A DNA stretch of 63,835 nucleotides, counting the filler, from Basidiobolus meristosporus CBS 931.73 (Eukaryota; Fungi; Basidiobolomycota), in NCBI GenBank assembly GCA_002104905.1. It is 4 parts of 4 records of this genome, joined end to end, with 100 filler letters (N's around TTAATTAATTAA, not from the genome) between each part and the next. Parts side by side here need not be neighbours in the genome. Positions count along the whole stretch, not along the records: positions 27,094 to 39,740 come from MCFE01001234.1; positions 39,841 to 56,956 come from MCFE01001102.1; 2 more parts are not named here. The stretch is one strand, 5' to 3'. Shown one piece after another: positions 38,147 to 51,100 of the stretch (positions are counted from its first letter, which is position 1; every line of letters starts with the position of its first letter). A program made the position numbers and the translations under genes. Under the pieces are notes generated by a model. It saw nothing but the letters and a program-made list of their open reading frames with translations. It did no database searches and was not told the DNA's origin.

Positions 38147-39740
38147 TTTGCTACAAAGAAGGAGCTCAAGTAGCTCAATGTCACAGCCAAGAACTGAGTC
38201 ATTTCCCAATGTAACAGCAGAGGAACACTGTACAGTCTTTGAAGCACAACAACAGTGCCCAGAGATAAAGCCCACAGAAAAACCTATCACAGCATGGGAG
38301 GGAGACAATATGGTGTTTATACCAAAGCCCAAAAATCCAAAGACATTAAAGATCTGTGAAGCTGTTGAGTACAATAATGAAGGGCAGGCTAATATACAAG
38401 AGGCCATCAGAAGTCTAGCATGCCATCACCTTAAGGTTGGCATACCATGGGATCATCAGGAACTCAAGGCCAAGCAGAATGAACTTGAATTGTTCCATGA
38501 GCATTATCCTGGATTCAAACAGGCAAACAGATTTTGGGCCAGCATTGGTATGCTACAAAAGTATCTTAAGAATAGCGGAAACTCTCAAAGGCTGAAGAAC
38601 AAGGGTGCCAGGGCTAGAATCCAGTGGCTTCCTCAAGAGCCTGTTACAAGCAGGGCCAAAGGCTCCAGACAAGCGTCAAAGAGATGTCAGGCAGCTGGAA
38701 GAGTGCCAATTAGGGACAAGCAGGCAGACATGGATGTGCCAGCACAACATTTGTCAAGGAAAAAGTGTAGTACCACTCAAGAAGCACCCTATCAAAGTAG
38801 CAGTGAAGGACCTGGCAGTGACAATAGCCAGCCGCTTTTACGGGACCCTGTCACAACTATGGTTTAGAGCTCAAAACAAGCTGAAAAGAAACATCAGGTT
38901 ACCAGAAGAGTGCCAGCAAGGGACAAGCAGGCCAAAACAGATGTATCAGAGCAGAATTTATCCAGGAGAAAACGTAGTTCCTTACAAGAAGCACTCAGAC
39001 AAAGTAGCATGAAAGACCTGATAGTGCCAAAGGAAAAGATAAAGAGAAAAATGTCTACCCAAGCCTGAGACAGGGAGGCATGCAAAGAAAACTGCAGTTC
39101 TTGCCAATTAACACTGCAAGCCAGGAACAGACTGAATCCCATCATAGCCAAGCAGAATTACCAACAAGAAAACAGCTGTTTTCCCAAGAGTTGGAAGCAC
39201 AGTCAGTTGAGCCACACTCCAGCAAGGTAGATGAGTTTGCTGAAAAAGGCAATTTTTTTACTGCAGCATCCACAGCCTCCATTGTTGACAGAGTGGAGAT
39301 CCCACTAACAGACAAGGCTACAACATCAAGAGCTCAAAAGACTATCACAATGCCTTCAGTGGAGTTCTGGAACATTAATTGGCACACCAAGAGGTTGCAG
39401 CACTACTTCAAGAGCAGTGCTCAAGAAAATGCACTGGAGTATTGCAAGGATTTATTGCAAAGACTGGCAGATGAGGAGCTAGACCTTGCAGTGCCGGCTG
39501 AAGACCAGGACTTGTGAGAACCAGTGAATGAACAGTGGCATAAAGCTGTCGGGTTCCTGCCAAAGTTGTGGAAGCAGAGCATCACAGCCAAACAACTTAT
39601 TGAGTGGTGGATTTTAATGGAGTTACTGGTTGAGTATGGGTTGGGCTCAATGTTAGTGTAGGGTATAGTGACTTGTATAGGTCAATATAATTGGCAATTG
39701 AGGTACATCTGAAGTTTCAACAGAAATAAATCAATTTGTA
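38147..39740 (+). mobile_element. CACTA-like element ORF2 region (5'-truncated)
   Basis: ORF 38148-38867 and downstream pieces are homologous to 51670-53200 and 1-1130. Confidence 0.65.
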
Positions 39741-39840
39741 NNNNNNNNNNNNNNNNNNNNNNNNNNNNNNNNNNNNNNNNNNNNTTAATTAATTAANNNN
39801 NNNNNNNNNNNNNNNNNNNNNNNNNNNNNNNNNNNNNNNN
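39741..39840. other. Artificial contig spacer
   Basis: N44-TTAATTAATTAA-N44. Confidence 0.99.
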
Positions 39841-42800
39841 ATTGACTCTGGAGCATCTCAACCCTTCACACACCAAAAAGAACTTTTACCCAATATCAAG
39901 AAATTCCAATTAAGAATATTTTCATGGGTGACAATAGAGCACTTGATGCAGTGGGAGAAGGAACTATCCAAGTAAACCCAAGAAGCAGTGAAGGAAGCCA
40001 TACACTGACCTTTAAAGAAGTACTCTATGTACCAGAAAAAGCCAAGAGCTTACTATCTGAAGCAAGGCCACTGCAGAGGGACTTAGTTTTAGCTTTGACA
40101 ATTCTGGAGGCAAGATTGCTGATCAAAATGGTGCCAATATTGCTTTGGGTACCAGAGATCAGAACCTATACAAGTTGACTTATATTCCATCATATTTGGA
40201 AGCCCAATATAAGTAACTTAAATGAAGAGACACCAATGCTTTGGCACAGGAGATTTGGACACATCAATTTTGATTATATGTGTAAAATGATCAAAGATCA
40301 GGTATTTTTGGAATAAAAGCTGATCCCCCAGCTAATTTGGATCACTGTGAGGCCTGCATATATGGGAAACAAGCCAGACAACCATTCAAGAGCTCTGAGT
40401 TGATCAAAACTAAGAAAAAATTCAATCTAATTCACGCAGGTCTGTGCGGTCTTATGCAAAATTTATCCTTAGATGGGATGAAATATTTTATCACCTTTAT
40501 TGATGATTATACAAGATACATATGGGTCTCCTTCATGGAGAGAAAGGAAGAAGCTCTGTCTAAGCTCAGCAAGCTCAAAGCCATAGTTGAGAGAGAAACT
40601 GGTGAAAAAATCAAGAAAATATGCTCTGACAATGGTGGAGAATATACCTCAAAACTCTTCATCCACTTCTGCAAAATTCATGGGATAAAGCAAGAGACTA
40701 TTGTACCATACTCCCCACAGCAAAATGGAGTAGCAGAACAAGCTAACAGATCAATAATTGATATGGCAAGATCCATGATCCATGATCAAAAATTATCCTA
40801 TGATTTTTGTGCAGAATTACTTGCCACTGCTGTATATCTTAAAAGTAAGAGTTAATACACAATACCTTGTGGTTCTACTCCATTTGAAACATAGTATGGA
40901 TACAGACCAAGTGCAGAACATCAAGAATATTTGGGTGTACAGCATATGCCAAGAAACTGCCCGGAAATCAGTCAAAACTTGAGCCAAAAAGTGTAAAATG
41001 CATATTTTTGGGCTACTGCAATGAGAGTAAAGAATACAGACTGTACAATACCAAAGCAAAGAAGCTAATCAAGTTCAGGGATGTTTTGTTTAATGAAAAT
41101 TCAAAATGTTCACAAAAATGACATCAGATGATGACAAAAACTGATATCAAGTTTGCAAATTGTCAGGACTGAATCAGAGCAAAACAATGATAATTTTTTC
41201 ACTCCAGTGGACACTGCAACCATGGTTCAGCCAGAATCAGTGTGCAGGAATATCCCAGAAGTGATCATTCCAGTATCAAATGCCCAGAGATCCAATTGGA
41301 CAAGAAACAGCTCAAATTACTATATCAATAAGGATACAAACTTAGCCTATGCCTATTCAGTCCATATTTATGAACCCCAGACTGTAAAAGAGGTTTGCAA
41401 TAGCCCTCAGATGAAGTTTTGGAGATCTGCTATGACTGAGGAATATCAAGCCCTGATGGAAAATCAAACTTGGGACTTAGTCAAATTACCAATCAGCCAG
41501 AAATCAGTTGGATGCAGAGGGGTCTTCAAGATAAAATGCAAGGCTGATGGTAAAATTGAAAGATACAAAGCAAGACTTGTGGCCAAAGGATACTCTCAAA
41601 CAAAAGGACTTGACTATACTGAGACCTTTGCACCGGTAGCCAAGTTTAATTCCATCAGATCAATATTGGCTATTGCAGCCAAATATAAGTTTTTTGTTTA
41701 TCAAATGGATGTAAAACTGCATTTTTAGATGGAGAGCTTGATGAGGATATGTATATGGAGCAGCCTGATGGGTTTGCTCACTAAGATAACCCCCATTTGG
41801 TCTGCAAGCTTAAGAAACCACTAAATGGCCTCAAACAATCACCAAGAGCCTGGAATTGCAAAATAGATTCTTATTGGAAATCATTGAGTTTCAAAAGAAG
41901 TAATGCTGACTATAGTATAAACTATAAGCCAGATAGAGCAAATCCAGTTCTATTAGCTCTATATGTGGATGATCTTATTATAGCCGCCAATAACCTAGAA
42001 ACATTGGAAGAGACTAAATCCAGCATATCTAAGGAGTTCAAGATGACCAATCTAGGAGAACTCAGTTACTACTTAGGGATTAAGTTCTCCATCAACAGAA
42101 GTACCCAGACTATCACCCTAAGCCAGTCCAAGTATATTCAAGATATACTAAAGAAGTACCAAATGGAAGACTGTCAACCGGCAGCTACCCCAATGGAAAC
42201 AAACCTTAACTTGGTTAAAACTCAACCAAATCAAGAGAGCTTGGTGCCATCTGAAAGCCCTGACTTTCCTTATCAATCTATGGCTGCAATTCTGATGTAT
42301 ATCATGCTTGGATCACATCTGGATGTCTCATATTCAGTGGGGGTTGTCAGCCAACATTATCAGAACTATGGATCTGATCATATTGCAGCAGTTAAGTAGA
42401 TTTTTAGATATCTAAAAGGAACTGCTGATATCTGCTTAAGATAAACATAAAAGGACTCAGAACAGGATCTTGTGGGATACTCTGATGCAGATTGGGGACA
42501 AAATTTGGAACACAGAAGATCCACCACAGGATACACCTTACTTTACTGTAAAGGAGCAATTTCATGGAATTCAAGAAAGCAATCAACTGTAGCTCTTTCT
42601 ACCACAGAGGCAGAGTATATGGCAGCCTGTGAAGCTACAAAGGAAGCAATGTAGCTAAGAAAGCTTCTTACAGACTTAGGCCTTTGTCAAAAAACGCCTC
42701 TTACTTTATTTCAAGATAATCGAGGATGTATACAATTAGGTATAAATCCAACTTTTCATCCTAGAACCAAGCACATAGATATTAGACATCATTTCATACA

Positions 42801-43210
42801 TGAAGCTTTAGAGAATAACCTGACTAGCTTAGTTTACTGTCCTACAGATCAAATGATTGCTGACATATTTACCAAACCATCAGCTAGAGACAAGTTTGAA
42901 TATCTTATTTTGTATGTGAAGCTACATATAATAACCAAGTTAGCTTAGTCTGCTGTCCTTCAGATGAAATGATTGCAGACATATTTACCAAACCATTAGC
43001 TAGAGACACAACTGAATATCTTAGGTCAAAATTAGGACCAGTCAGTATGAGCATTTAGCTGAGTGGGAGTGTTGTAAAGATTTGTAATTCCACCTAAATA
43101 TTCACCTAACTTAGTCACTTAGATCATTACCTTCAAATCCTAGAGAATACTGACCAAATTCCATGTTGGGATTTACTGAAAATATCTTCACCAAAATACC
43201 AGGTATCCAG
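39841..43210 (+). mobile_element. Older Copia copy (5' end lost at the contig edge) whose 3' LTR (43070-43210 + 47898-48105) is split by a younger copy
   Basis: IN ORF 40337-40855, RT ORFs 41153-42399, a short tandem duplication of the RNase H end (~42.8-43.0 kb) and PPT before 43070. The LTR continues after 47897. Confidence 0.93.
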
Positions 43211-46200
43211 TGTTGTAAAAATTCGTATTTCCACCTAAATATTCACCTAACTTAGTCACTTAGATCATCACCTTCAAATCCTAGAGAATACTGACTAAAT
43301 TCCTTGTCGGGATTTACTTAGAATATTTTCACCAAAATGCCAGGTACCCAGAATATGAAAATTCTCAAAGTTGTCCAAACAGCCCCAAACTTTGCACACA
43401 TGTTCTTGGGACCTTCCTTAACCTATTCTACGTGTTTGTAATGCCAGACCAGGTAAAAGTATAAATACTACTTTTACATTCAATAAATCATTAAGTGAAA
43501 ACCACATAATCTACTTGTTCTCCCAATCACTTCCAATATCTCCAAGACTCTTACAACAGGTTATGAGCCCCACACTGTTACTCTCTGCAATGTCTACTAC
43601 TGCTGTTACTGGAATTTTTCCCTCTGCTGAAAAGTTGGATGGATCTAACTACCAAGTGTGGAAGGTGAAGATGATGATGCTGCTACAAGAAAGAGGCCTT
43701 TGGGATATTGTCATGGGAGAAGAATGCCCTCCTAAAAACGTGGGAGAGGAAGCCTTAAAGTACCAGAAGAAAGAACAAAGTGCCTTTAACTGCATTTGCC
43801 TTAATGTCAAAGACAAATTGCTAATTCAATGCTCAAGAGCAAAAACGGCAAAGAATGCCTGGAAGGCATTAGAAGACACCTTCCAGTCATGTTCAGCTGC
43901 CAAGAAAATGTATCTGAGAAGAAAATTCTTTACTACAAAGATGCTGCCAGGAGAAGAAATGAAAAATCTAATTAACAGAATTACCCTGCTGGTAGATGAG
44001 ATGGAATCTGTGGGCGTACCAACTACTGATGAGGATGTGATAGTTACCATCCTGCATAGCCTGACAGACGAGTTTCAGGGCCTTGTATCAGCCCTAGAGT
44101 CCAGAACTGAAGTTTGACCTTAAATTACGTATATGGAAGGCTCCTGGATGAAGAATTAAGAAAATCAAGTGCCAATAAGAAGGAAGAAGAAAATGCTTTA
44201 ATAAGCAATGATAACCAACAATGGAGGTACCCAAGACCCTACAAAGGCAACAGCAATCTATTTTGCAACTACTGCAAAAGGAAAGGACACACATCAGACC
44301 GGTGTTTCAAAAAGAGAGATTATCAGCAAAAGAAGCCTGAATATGGAAATGCTGCAACAACTGAAGATAGACTATTCATATCTGCACTAAATATGACCAC
44401 AAACAAGGATTCTCAGACGTGGTATATTGACTCTGGAGCTTCTCAACACTTTACACACCAAAAAGAACTTTTTATCCAATATCAAGAAATTCCAATTAAG
44501 AAGGTTTTCATGGGTGATGATAGAACACTTGATGCAGTGGGAGAAGGAACTATCCAAGTAAACCTTAGAAGCAGTGAAGGAAGCCATACACTGACCTTTA
44601 AAGAAGTACTCTATGTACCAGAAATAGCCAAGAACCTACTCTCTGTAAGCAAGGCCACAGCAGAAGGACTCAGTTTCAGTTTTGACAATTCTGGATGCAG
44701 CATCACTGATCAAAATGGTGCCCATATTGCTTTGGGCATCAGAGATCAGAATCTATACAAGTTGACTTATATTCCATCATATTTGGAAGCCAATATAAGT
44801 AACTTAAATGAAGAAACACCAATGCTTTGGCACAGGAGATTTGGACACATCAATTTTGATTATTTGCGTAAAATGATCAAAGATCAGCTAATTTCTGGAG
44901 TGAAAATTGATCCCCCAGCTAATTTGGAGCACTGTGAAGCCTGCATATATGGGAAACAAGCCAGACAACCGTTCAAGAGCTCTGGGTTAATCAAAACTAA
45001 GAAAAAATTAGATCTAATTCACTCAGATCTGTGTGGACCTATGCAAAATTTATCCTTAGGCGGGATGAAGTATTTAATCACTTTTATTGATGATTATACA
45101 AGATACATATGGGTCTACTTCATGGAGAGAAAGGAAGAAGCTCTGTCTAAGCTCAGGGAGTTTAAAGCCATGGTGGAGAGAGAAACTGGTGAAAAAATCA
45201 AGAAAATACGCTCTGACAATGGTGGAGAATATACCTCAAAACTCTTCATCCACTTCTGCAAAATTCATGGGATAAAGCAAGAGACTACTGTACCATACTC
45301 CCCACAGCAAAATGGAGTAGCAGAACAAGCTAACAGATCAATAATTGATATGGCAAGATCTATGATCCATGATCAAAAATTATCCTATGATTTTTGGGCG
45401 GAATCAGTTGCCACTGCTGTATATCTTAAAAATAGGAGTTATAACAGAATACTTCATGATTCTACTCCATTTGAAACATAGTATGGATACAGACCAAGTG
45501 CAGAACATCTAAGAATATTTGGGTGTACAGCATATGCCAAAAAACTGGCCGGAAATCAGTCAAAGTTTGAGCCAAAAAGTGTAAAATGCATATTTTTGGG
45601 CTACTGCAATGAGAGTAAGGCATACAGCCTCTACAATACCAAAGCAAAGAAGCTTATCAAGTCCAGGGATGTGTTGTTTGATGAAAATTCAAAATATTCA
45701 CAAAAAATGACATCAGATGATGACAAAAATTTGATCTCAAGTCCACCAATTGTCAGGATTGAATCAGAGCAAAACAATGAAAATTTTTTCACTCCAGAGG
45801 ACTCTACAGCCTTGGTTCAGCCAGAATCAGCGCCCAGGAATATCCCAGAAGTGATCATTCCAGTATCAAATGCCCAGAGATCAAATTGGACAAGAAATAG
45901 CCCAAATTACTACATCAATGAGGGTACAAACTTAGCCTATGCCTACTCAGTCCATATTGATGAACCCCAGACTGTAAAAGAGGCCCTAAATAGCCCTCAG
46001 ACAAAGTTTTGGAGATCTGCAATGACTGAGGAATATCAGGCCCTGATGGAAAATCAAACTTGGGACTTAGTCAAATTACCAATCAACCAAAAATCAATTG
46101 GATGCAGATGGGTCTTCAAGACAAAATACAAGGCTGATGGTACAATTGAAAGATACAAAGCAAGACTTGTAGCCAAAGGATACTCTCAAACAAAAGGACT

Positions 46201-47892
46201 TGACTATACTGAGACCTTTGCCCCGGTAGCCAAGCTTAATTCCATCAGATTAATATTGGCTATTGCAGCCAAATAGAAGTTTTTTATTCATCAATGGATG
46301 TAAAAACTGCATTTTTGAATGGAGAACTTGATGAGGACGTGTATATGGACCAGCCTGATGGGTTTGTTGACCAAGATAGCCCTCATTTGGTCTGCAAGCT
46401 TAAAAAGTCACTATATGGTCTCAAACAATCACCAAGAGCCTGGAATTGCAAGATAGATTCTTATTTGGAATCTTTGAGTTTCAAAAGAAGTAATGCTGAC
46501 TATAGTATATACTATAAGCCAGATAGAGCAAATTCAGTTCTATTAGCTCTATATGTGGATGATCTTATTATAGCCGCCAATGACCTAGAAGCATTGGAAG
46601 AGACTAAATCCAACCTATCTAAGGAGTTCAAGATGTCCAATCTAGGAGAACTTAGTTACTACTTAGGGATTAAGTTCTCCATAGACAGAAGTACCCAGAC
46701 CATCACCCTAAGCCAATCCAAGTATATTCAAGATATATTAAAGAAGTACAAAATGGAAGACTGTAAACCGGCAGCTATCCCAATGGAGACAAACCTTAAC
46801 TTGGTCAAAACTCAACCAAATCAAGAGAGCTTGGTGCCATCTGAAAGCCCTGACTTTCCTTATCAATCAATGGTCGGCAGTCTGATGTATATCATGCTTG
46901 GAACATGTCCAGATATCTCATATTCAGTGGCAGTTGTCAGCCAACATAATCAGAACTATGGATCTGATCATATTGCAGCAGTTAAGCGGATTTTTAGATA
47001 CCTAAAAGGAACTGCTGATATCTGCTTAAGATACACTTATAAGGATTCAGAACAGGACCTTGTGGGATACTCTGATGCTGATTGGGGACGAAATCTAGAA
47101 GACAGAAGATCCACCACAGGATATACCTTTCTTTACTGTAAAGGAGCAATCTCATGGAATTCAAGAAAGCAACCAACCGTAGCACTTTCTACTACAGAGG
47201 CAGAGTATATGGCAGCCTGTGAAGCTACAAAAGAAGCAATGTGGCTAAGAAAACTCTTAACAGATTTAGGCCTATGTCAAAAGACGCCTATTACTTTATT
47301 TCAAGATAATCAAGGATGTATATAATTAGGTAGAAATCCAACTTTTCATGCTAGAACCAAGCACATAGATATTAGACATCATTTCATACGTGAAGCTGTA
47401 GAGAATAACTTAGTTAGCTTAGTTTACTGTCCTACAGATGAAATGATTGCAGACATATTTACCAAACCATTAGCTAGAGACAAGTTTGAATATCTTAGGT
47501 CAAAATTAGGACTAGTCAGTATGAACATTTAGCTGAGTGGGAGTGTTGTAAAAGTTTGTATTTCCACCTAAATATTCACCTAACTTAGTCACCTAGATCA
47601 TCACCTTCAAATCCTAGAGAATACTGACTAAATTCCTTGTCGGGATTTACTTAGAATATTTTCACCAAAATGCCAGGTACCCAGAATATGAAAATTCTCA
47701 AAGTTGTCCAAACAGCCCCAAACTTTGCACACATGTTCTTGGGACCTTCCTTAACCTATTCTACGTGTTTGTAATGCCAAGACCAGGTAAAAGTATAAAT
47801 ACTACTTTTACATTCAATAAATCATTAATTGAAAACCACATAATCTACTTGTTCTCCCAATCACTTCCAATATCTCCAAGACTCTTACAACA
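43211..47892 (+). mobile_element. Full-length, young but defective Copia element with TCCAG target-site duplication
   Basis: LTRs 43211-43558 and 47544-47892 differ by 4 substitutions and 1 indel on manual comparison. TSD TCCAG at 43206-43210 and 47893-47897. PBS, gag (CCHC knuckle CNYCKRKGHTSDRC), PR (YIDSGAS), IN, RT, RNase H and PPT are present. Lesions include a frameshift at ~44113, stops at 45479 and 46274, and a frameshift at ~46290. Confidence 0.98.
43559..43570 (+). promoter_or_regulatory. Primer-binding site complementary to the anticodon arm of initiator tRNA-Met (half-tRNA priming)
   Basis: GGTTATGAGCCC directly after the LTR is the reverse complement of GGGCUCAUAACC in tRNAiMet; identical at 10834-10845. 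Confidence 0.9.
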
Positions 47893-48105
47893 TCCAGAAC
47901 ATGAAAATTCTCAAAGTTGCCCAAACAGCACCAAAAGTTGCACACATGCTCTTGGGATCTTTCTTAGCCAATTCTACATGTTTATAATGCCAAGACCATG
48001 TAAAGTATAAATACTACTTTTACATGCAATAACTCATTAAGTCAAAACCACATAATCTACTTGTTCTCCCAAATCACTTCCAATTTCTCCAAGACTCTTA
48101 CAGCA

Positions 48106-51100
48106 GAATATTCCTACAATGCTCACATATGTCTACCAGTGCTTCCAATGTACTCTTGGTAGGAATGGCTTTAGAATGTCACTTAAATAAATACATATTC
48201 AGTTTATCTAGTCTTTGCATTTGTAGTGTTGCATGTGTATGAATATTGATTGAAGCCCATGAGAAGTACTTAGGGTAGCAGATACTCTGTAATATCTTAC
48301 CAATTCTTTCAAGTTTTCTAATATCTCAAAGGGCTCATATAGCTTGAAATGCCCTATGTACATCTTAGTCATCAGTATAGGGATATTGTTGAAAAGCAAA
48401 TGCATTGCTCCCAGTGGAAAGATTTTGCTTCAACAGATACCCTCTATCTTAAGTATTTCAGGTTTCCAATTGATTCTATATTCTGGCCAATGGCTTATAG
48501 CTTGCCAACTTTGCTGCAATTGCATGCGGACTTCTGTATGTTCACTCTATGGGAAGACAATGTACTTAGTGTTGGTGCTTGGGTAACAATAATGTGTGTG
48601 AGTTATGGAGTAAATCCCCTGGATCTCACACACTCAATAGCAATACCATCCATTATGCCCAGAAAAGCCTGCTATCTTGCTGATGGCTCAGGTATCTCCA
48701 ATGCAGATAATAATATATGCTTTGACATGATAGCCATTTGCTGTTATCCTTCTGGAAAGCATACAAAAATCATCCAGCAATAGATACAGGTAGCTATCCA
48801 GGTTGGACAGTGATTTAGGCCCAGATACCAGTGAGACTACCATCAGATTTTGGCTCTGATCCAGTAAGATGAGTGACAGATTCAGGTTGATGAGAATCAG
48901 TGGGCAGCAGGATTTGCTGGTAGAGTACTTGTTTGTTGAGAATCCATCAAGTACAAAAGTAAAGGCATGATCATACATACCTTCAAAGTAGCCCTTACCT
49001 CTTAGCTGTTTGTAATGTTGTCATCAAATATATTGTATATGCTTGTGCTTAATTGATAATGAGTGTGGTACTTTATAGCTTTGCAATATTTGTTGGACTG
49101 TATGAGCTACTTTAAATGGGGTATTACCAGAATATATCTGGCATGTTAACAATGTTTCCCTCAATGGTAGTTGATTTTGGACCATTTGGACACATTGTAG
49201 TGGGGTCACAGTGACACCCACTGACAGATGTGCTCATTCCTATATTTTCTACTTCCCTATTTCTCTACTACCCTTATTTTAGTTTTATCTCATTTGTCTT
49301 ACTTGGTCAGTACTAACCCATAAGCTGGCTCACTATCACAGCTGCTTACCTTATTGCATAGGTTATTCCTCACTTTATGTAAGATTACTAGCTATAAGTG
49401 CTCTAATATTAGGCAAGCACCCGCACCAGTACCTGTGACACATGACTAAACTGTGTTGCCATCCCTACCATTTTCACCCCATATATGGTATCCCTATGCT
49501 ACACAGGCTTCATAATACTGATCCCTGATTGGTTGGATGTGCTGTGCCTCTTCAAACCTTCTGGCACATACTTAGAACATTCTTAGGTCATTCTGATGTC
49601 ATTAAGATTTCTATTGACATCAAGAACCTTCTGGAACACCATGATTAGTAATCACTTAGCCAGTAAGAAAAGTATTTAAGGGAGGCTATCCCTCAAAAAT
49701 AAATCATCATCCCTTTTATCAATATACTGACTTGTTGTTTAGTGTGATCACTGCTACCTACTGCTACCTGAGCTTCCAACCCAGACCACAGGACACTCCC
49801 AGGAAACCATGCTGACAGCCAACTTACCTTGGAGGCACTAACTGTGATGAATGCTCAGAGTAGGTATCTTTTATTATATTTGATTCTTTCCCAAGTTTGT
49901 TCTTGTACAGGCAAAGATACTTTTCTGTCTTTATAACTACTGACCACAGCTGCATTCTTATCAAGTCCCTGCTGGTGGAGTTTACAGTTGTTTGACTTTG
50001 GAAGCTCTAGTACATTGTCATCTCAAAGGATGCTGAATACAGCACATACTTTTGTTAAGATACCAAGCAAGTTGGGGATTGTAGCTCAATAGTTTTCCCT
50101 TTACAAGCTTGTGGCTTTATTCCCCTTCACATTAGATTAGAGACAAAACCCCAGGTATTCCTAGCTAGCTTTTGCTAGAGATTATTGCACCCAGTGAGCA
50201 CCCCACACACAAAACACTTGAGAAGTGTTGGACATATCTCTCCCTTGGACTTATACACCACCACAACATTGCAATGATGGCATTTTTGGATGTAAATGCC
50301 ATGCAAATGTTAACACATGCTAGAATCAGGACAGTCTCTGTGCCATATGTTGCGGGCCACATGATGGTTGTCCACTTGTACCATGTACATGGTCAGTTGT
50401 ATCCCAGGATGATTATGGCAAGAAGCCCCCATTACTAATATTAGTATAAACACACCACTTCTCTAGCCACAACATTACATGAATTGCCGGTGGATGGATT
50501 ACTGGGCTCACTTGGCTCCATAAAGTATCCTTGGCATTTGCTTCAACAGGTGCTGTCTCATTGCATATTGGGATTTGACTGGGCTCATGCATGGTACTGT
50601 TGTTAAGGGAGATTGGCTCACAATCCATCAGTAAGCCTTTATTGTCAGAGCTATCACTCTGCATGCCATATTCAGAAGGCTGAGGTGAGCCTGAAGGCAG
50701 CACAAACTCACCTGACTCAGTTTGTGCAAGGTTACAAAGATGGCAGGTGCCAATATAGAAGTATCAACTGGCTGGCAAGATAATATTGGTACAGTAGTGA
50801 CTGATGAATGGTCAAATATGAATTGGGTGGCAAAACACTGGCTGTGATCCTTGTAATGCTTCAAATGCTGTCTGAGTCCTTCATGGCTGAGAGGCTTGCT
50901 ACAATAGACACATGGTCTTTTTTCTCTTCTCTTACAGTGTTGAGTCAAAGTAGTCTTGTCCATGGGGCAAACAGTTTGACCTGCAACAATTTGATGCTAT
51001 TCTATCACTTTTTGGTCAATACTCATGTGAATTTAAGACAGTCCTGTATTTGAGACATTGCACCTATATGAATGTAAGATTAAATGATGACCTGCCATTG

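Noticed and set aside
42790-43040. AT-rich oddity near 42905 as another foreign insert
   Set aside because: It is a short tandem duplication of the Copia RNase H 3' end.
44100-44130. Gag/pol frame change as a programmed ribosomal frameshift
   Set aside because: The sibling copy (ORF 10706-11698) reads through as ESRTEDLTLNY (GAAGATTTGACC); this copy has simply lost one base.
43211-47892. Several disabling lesions despite near-identical LTRs
   Set aside because: About 1.4% LTR divergence already predicts tens of changes over 4 kb of internal sequence, so a few stops and indels are expected.
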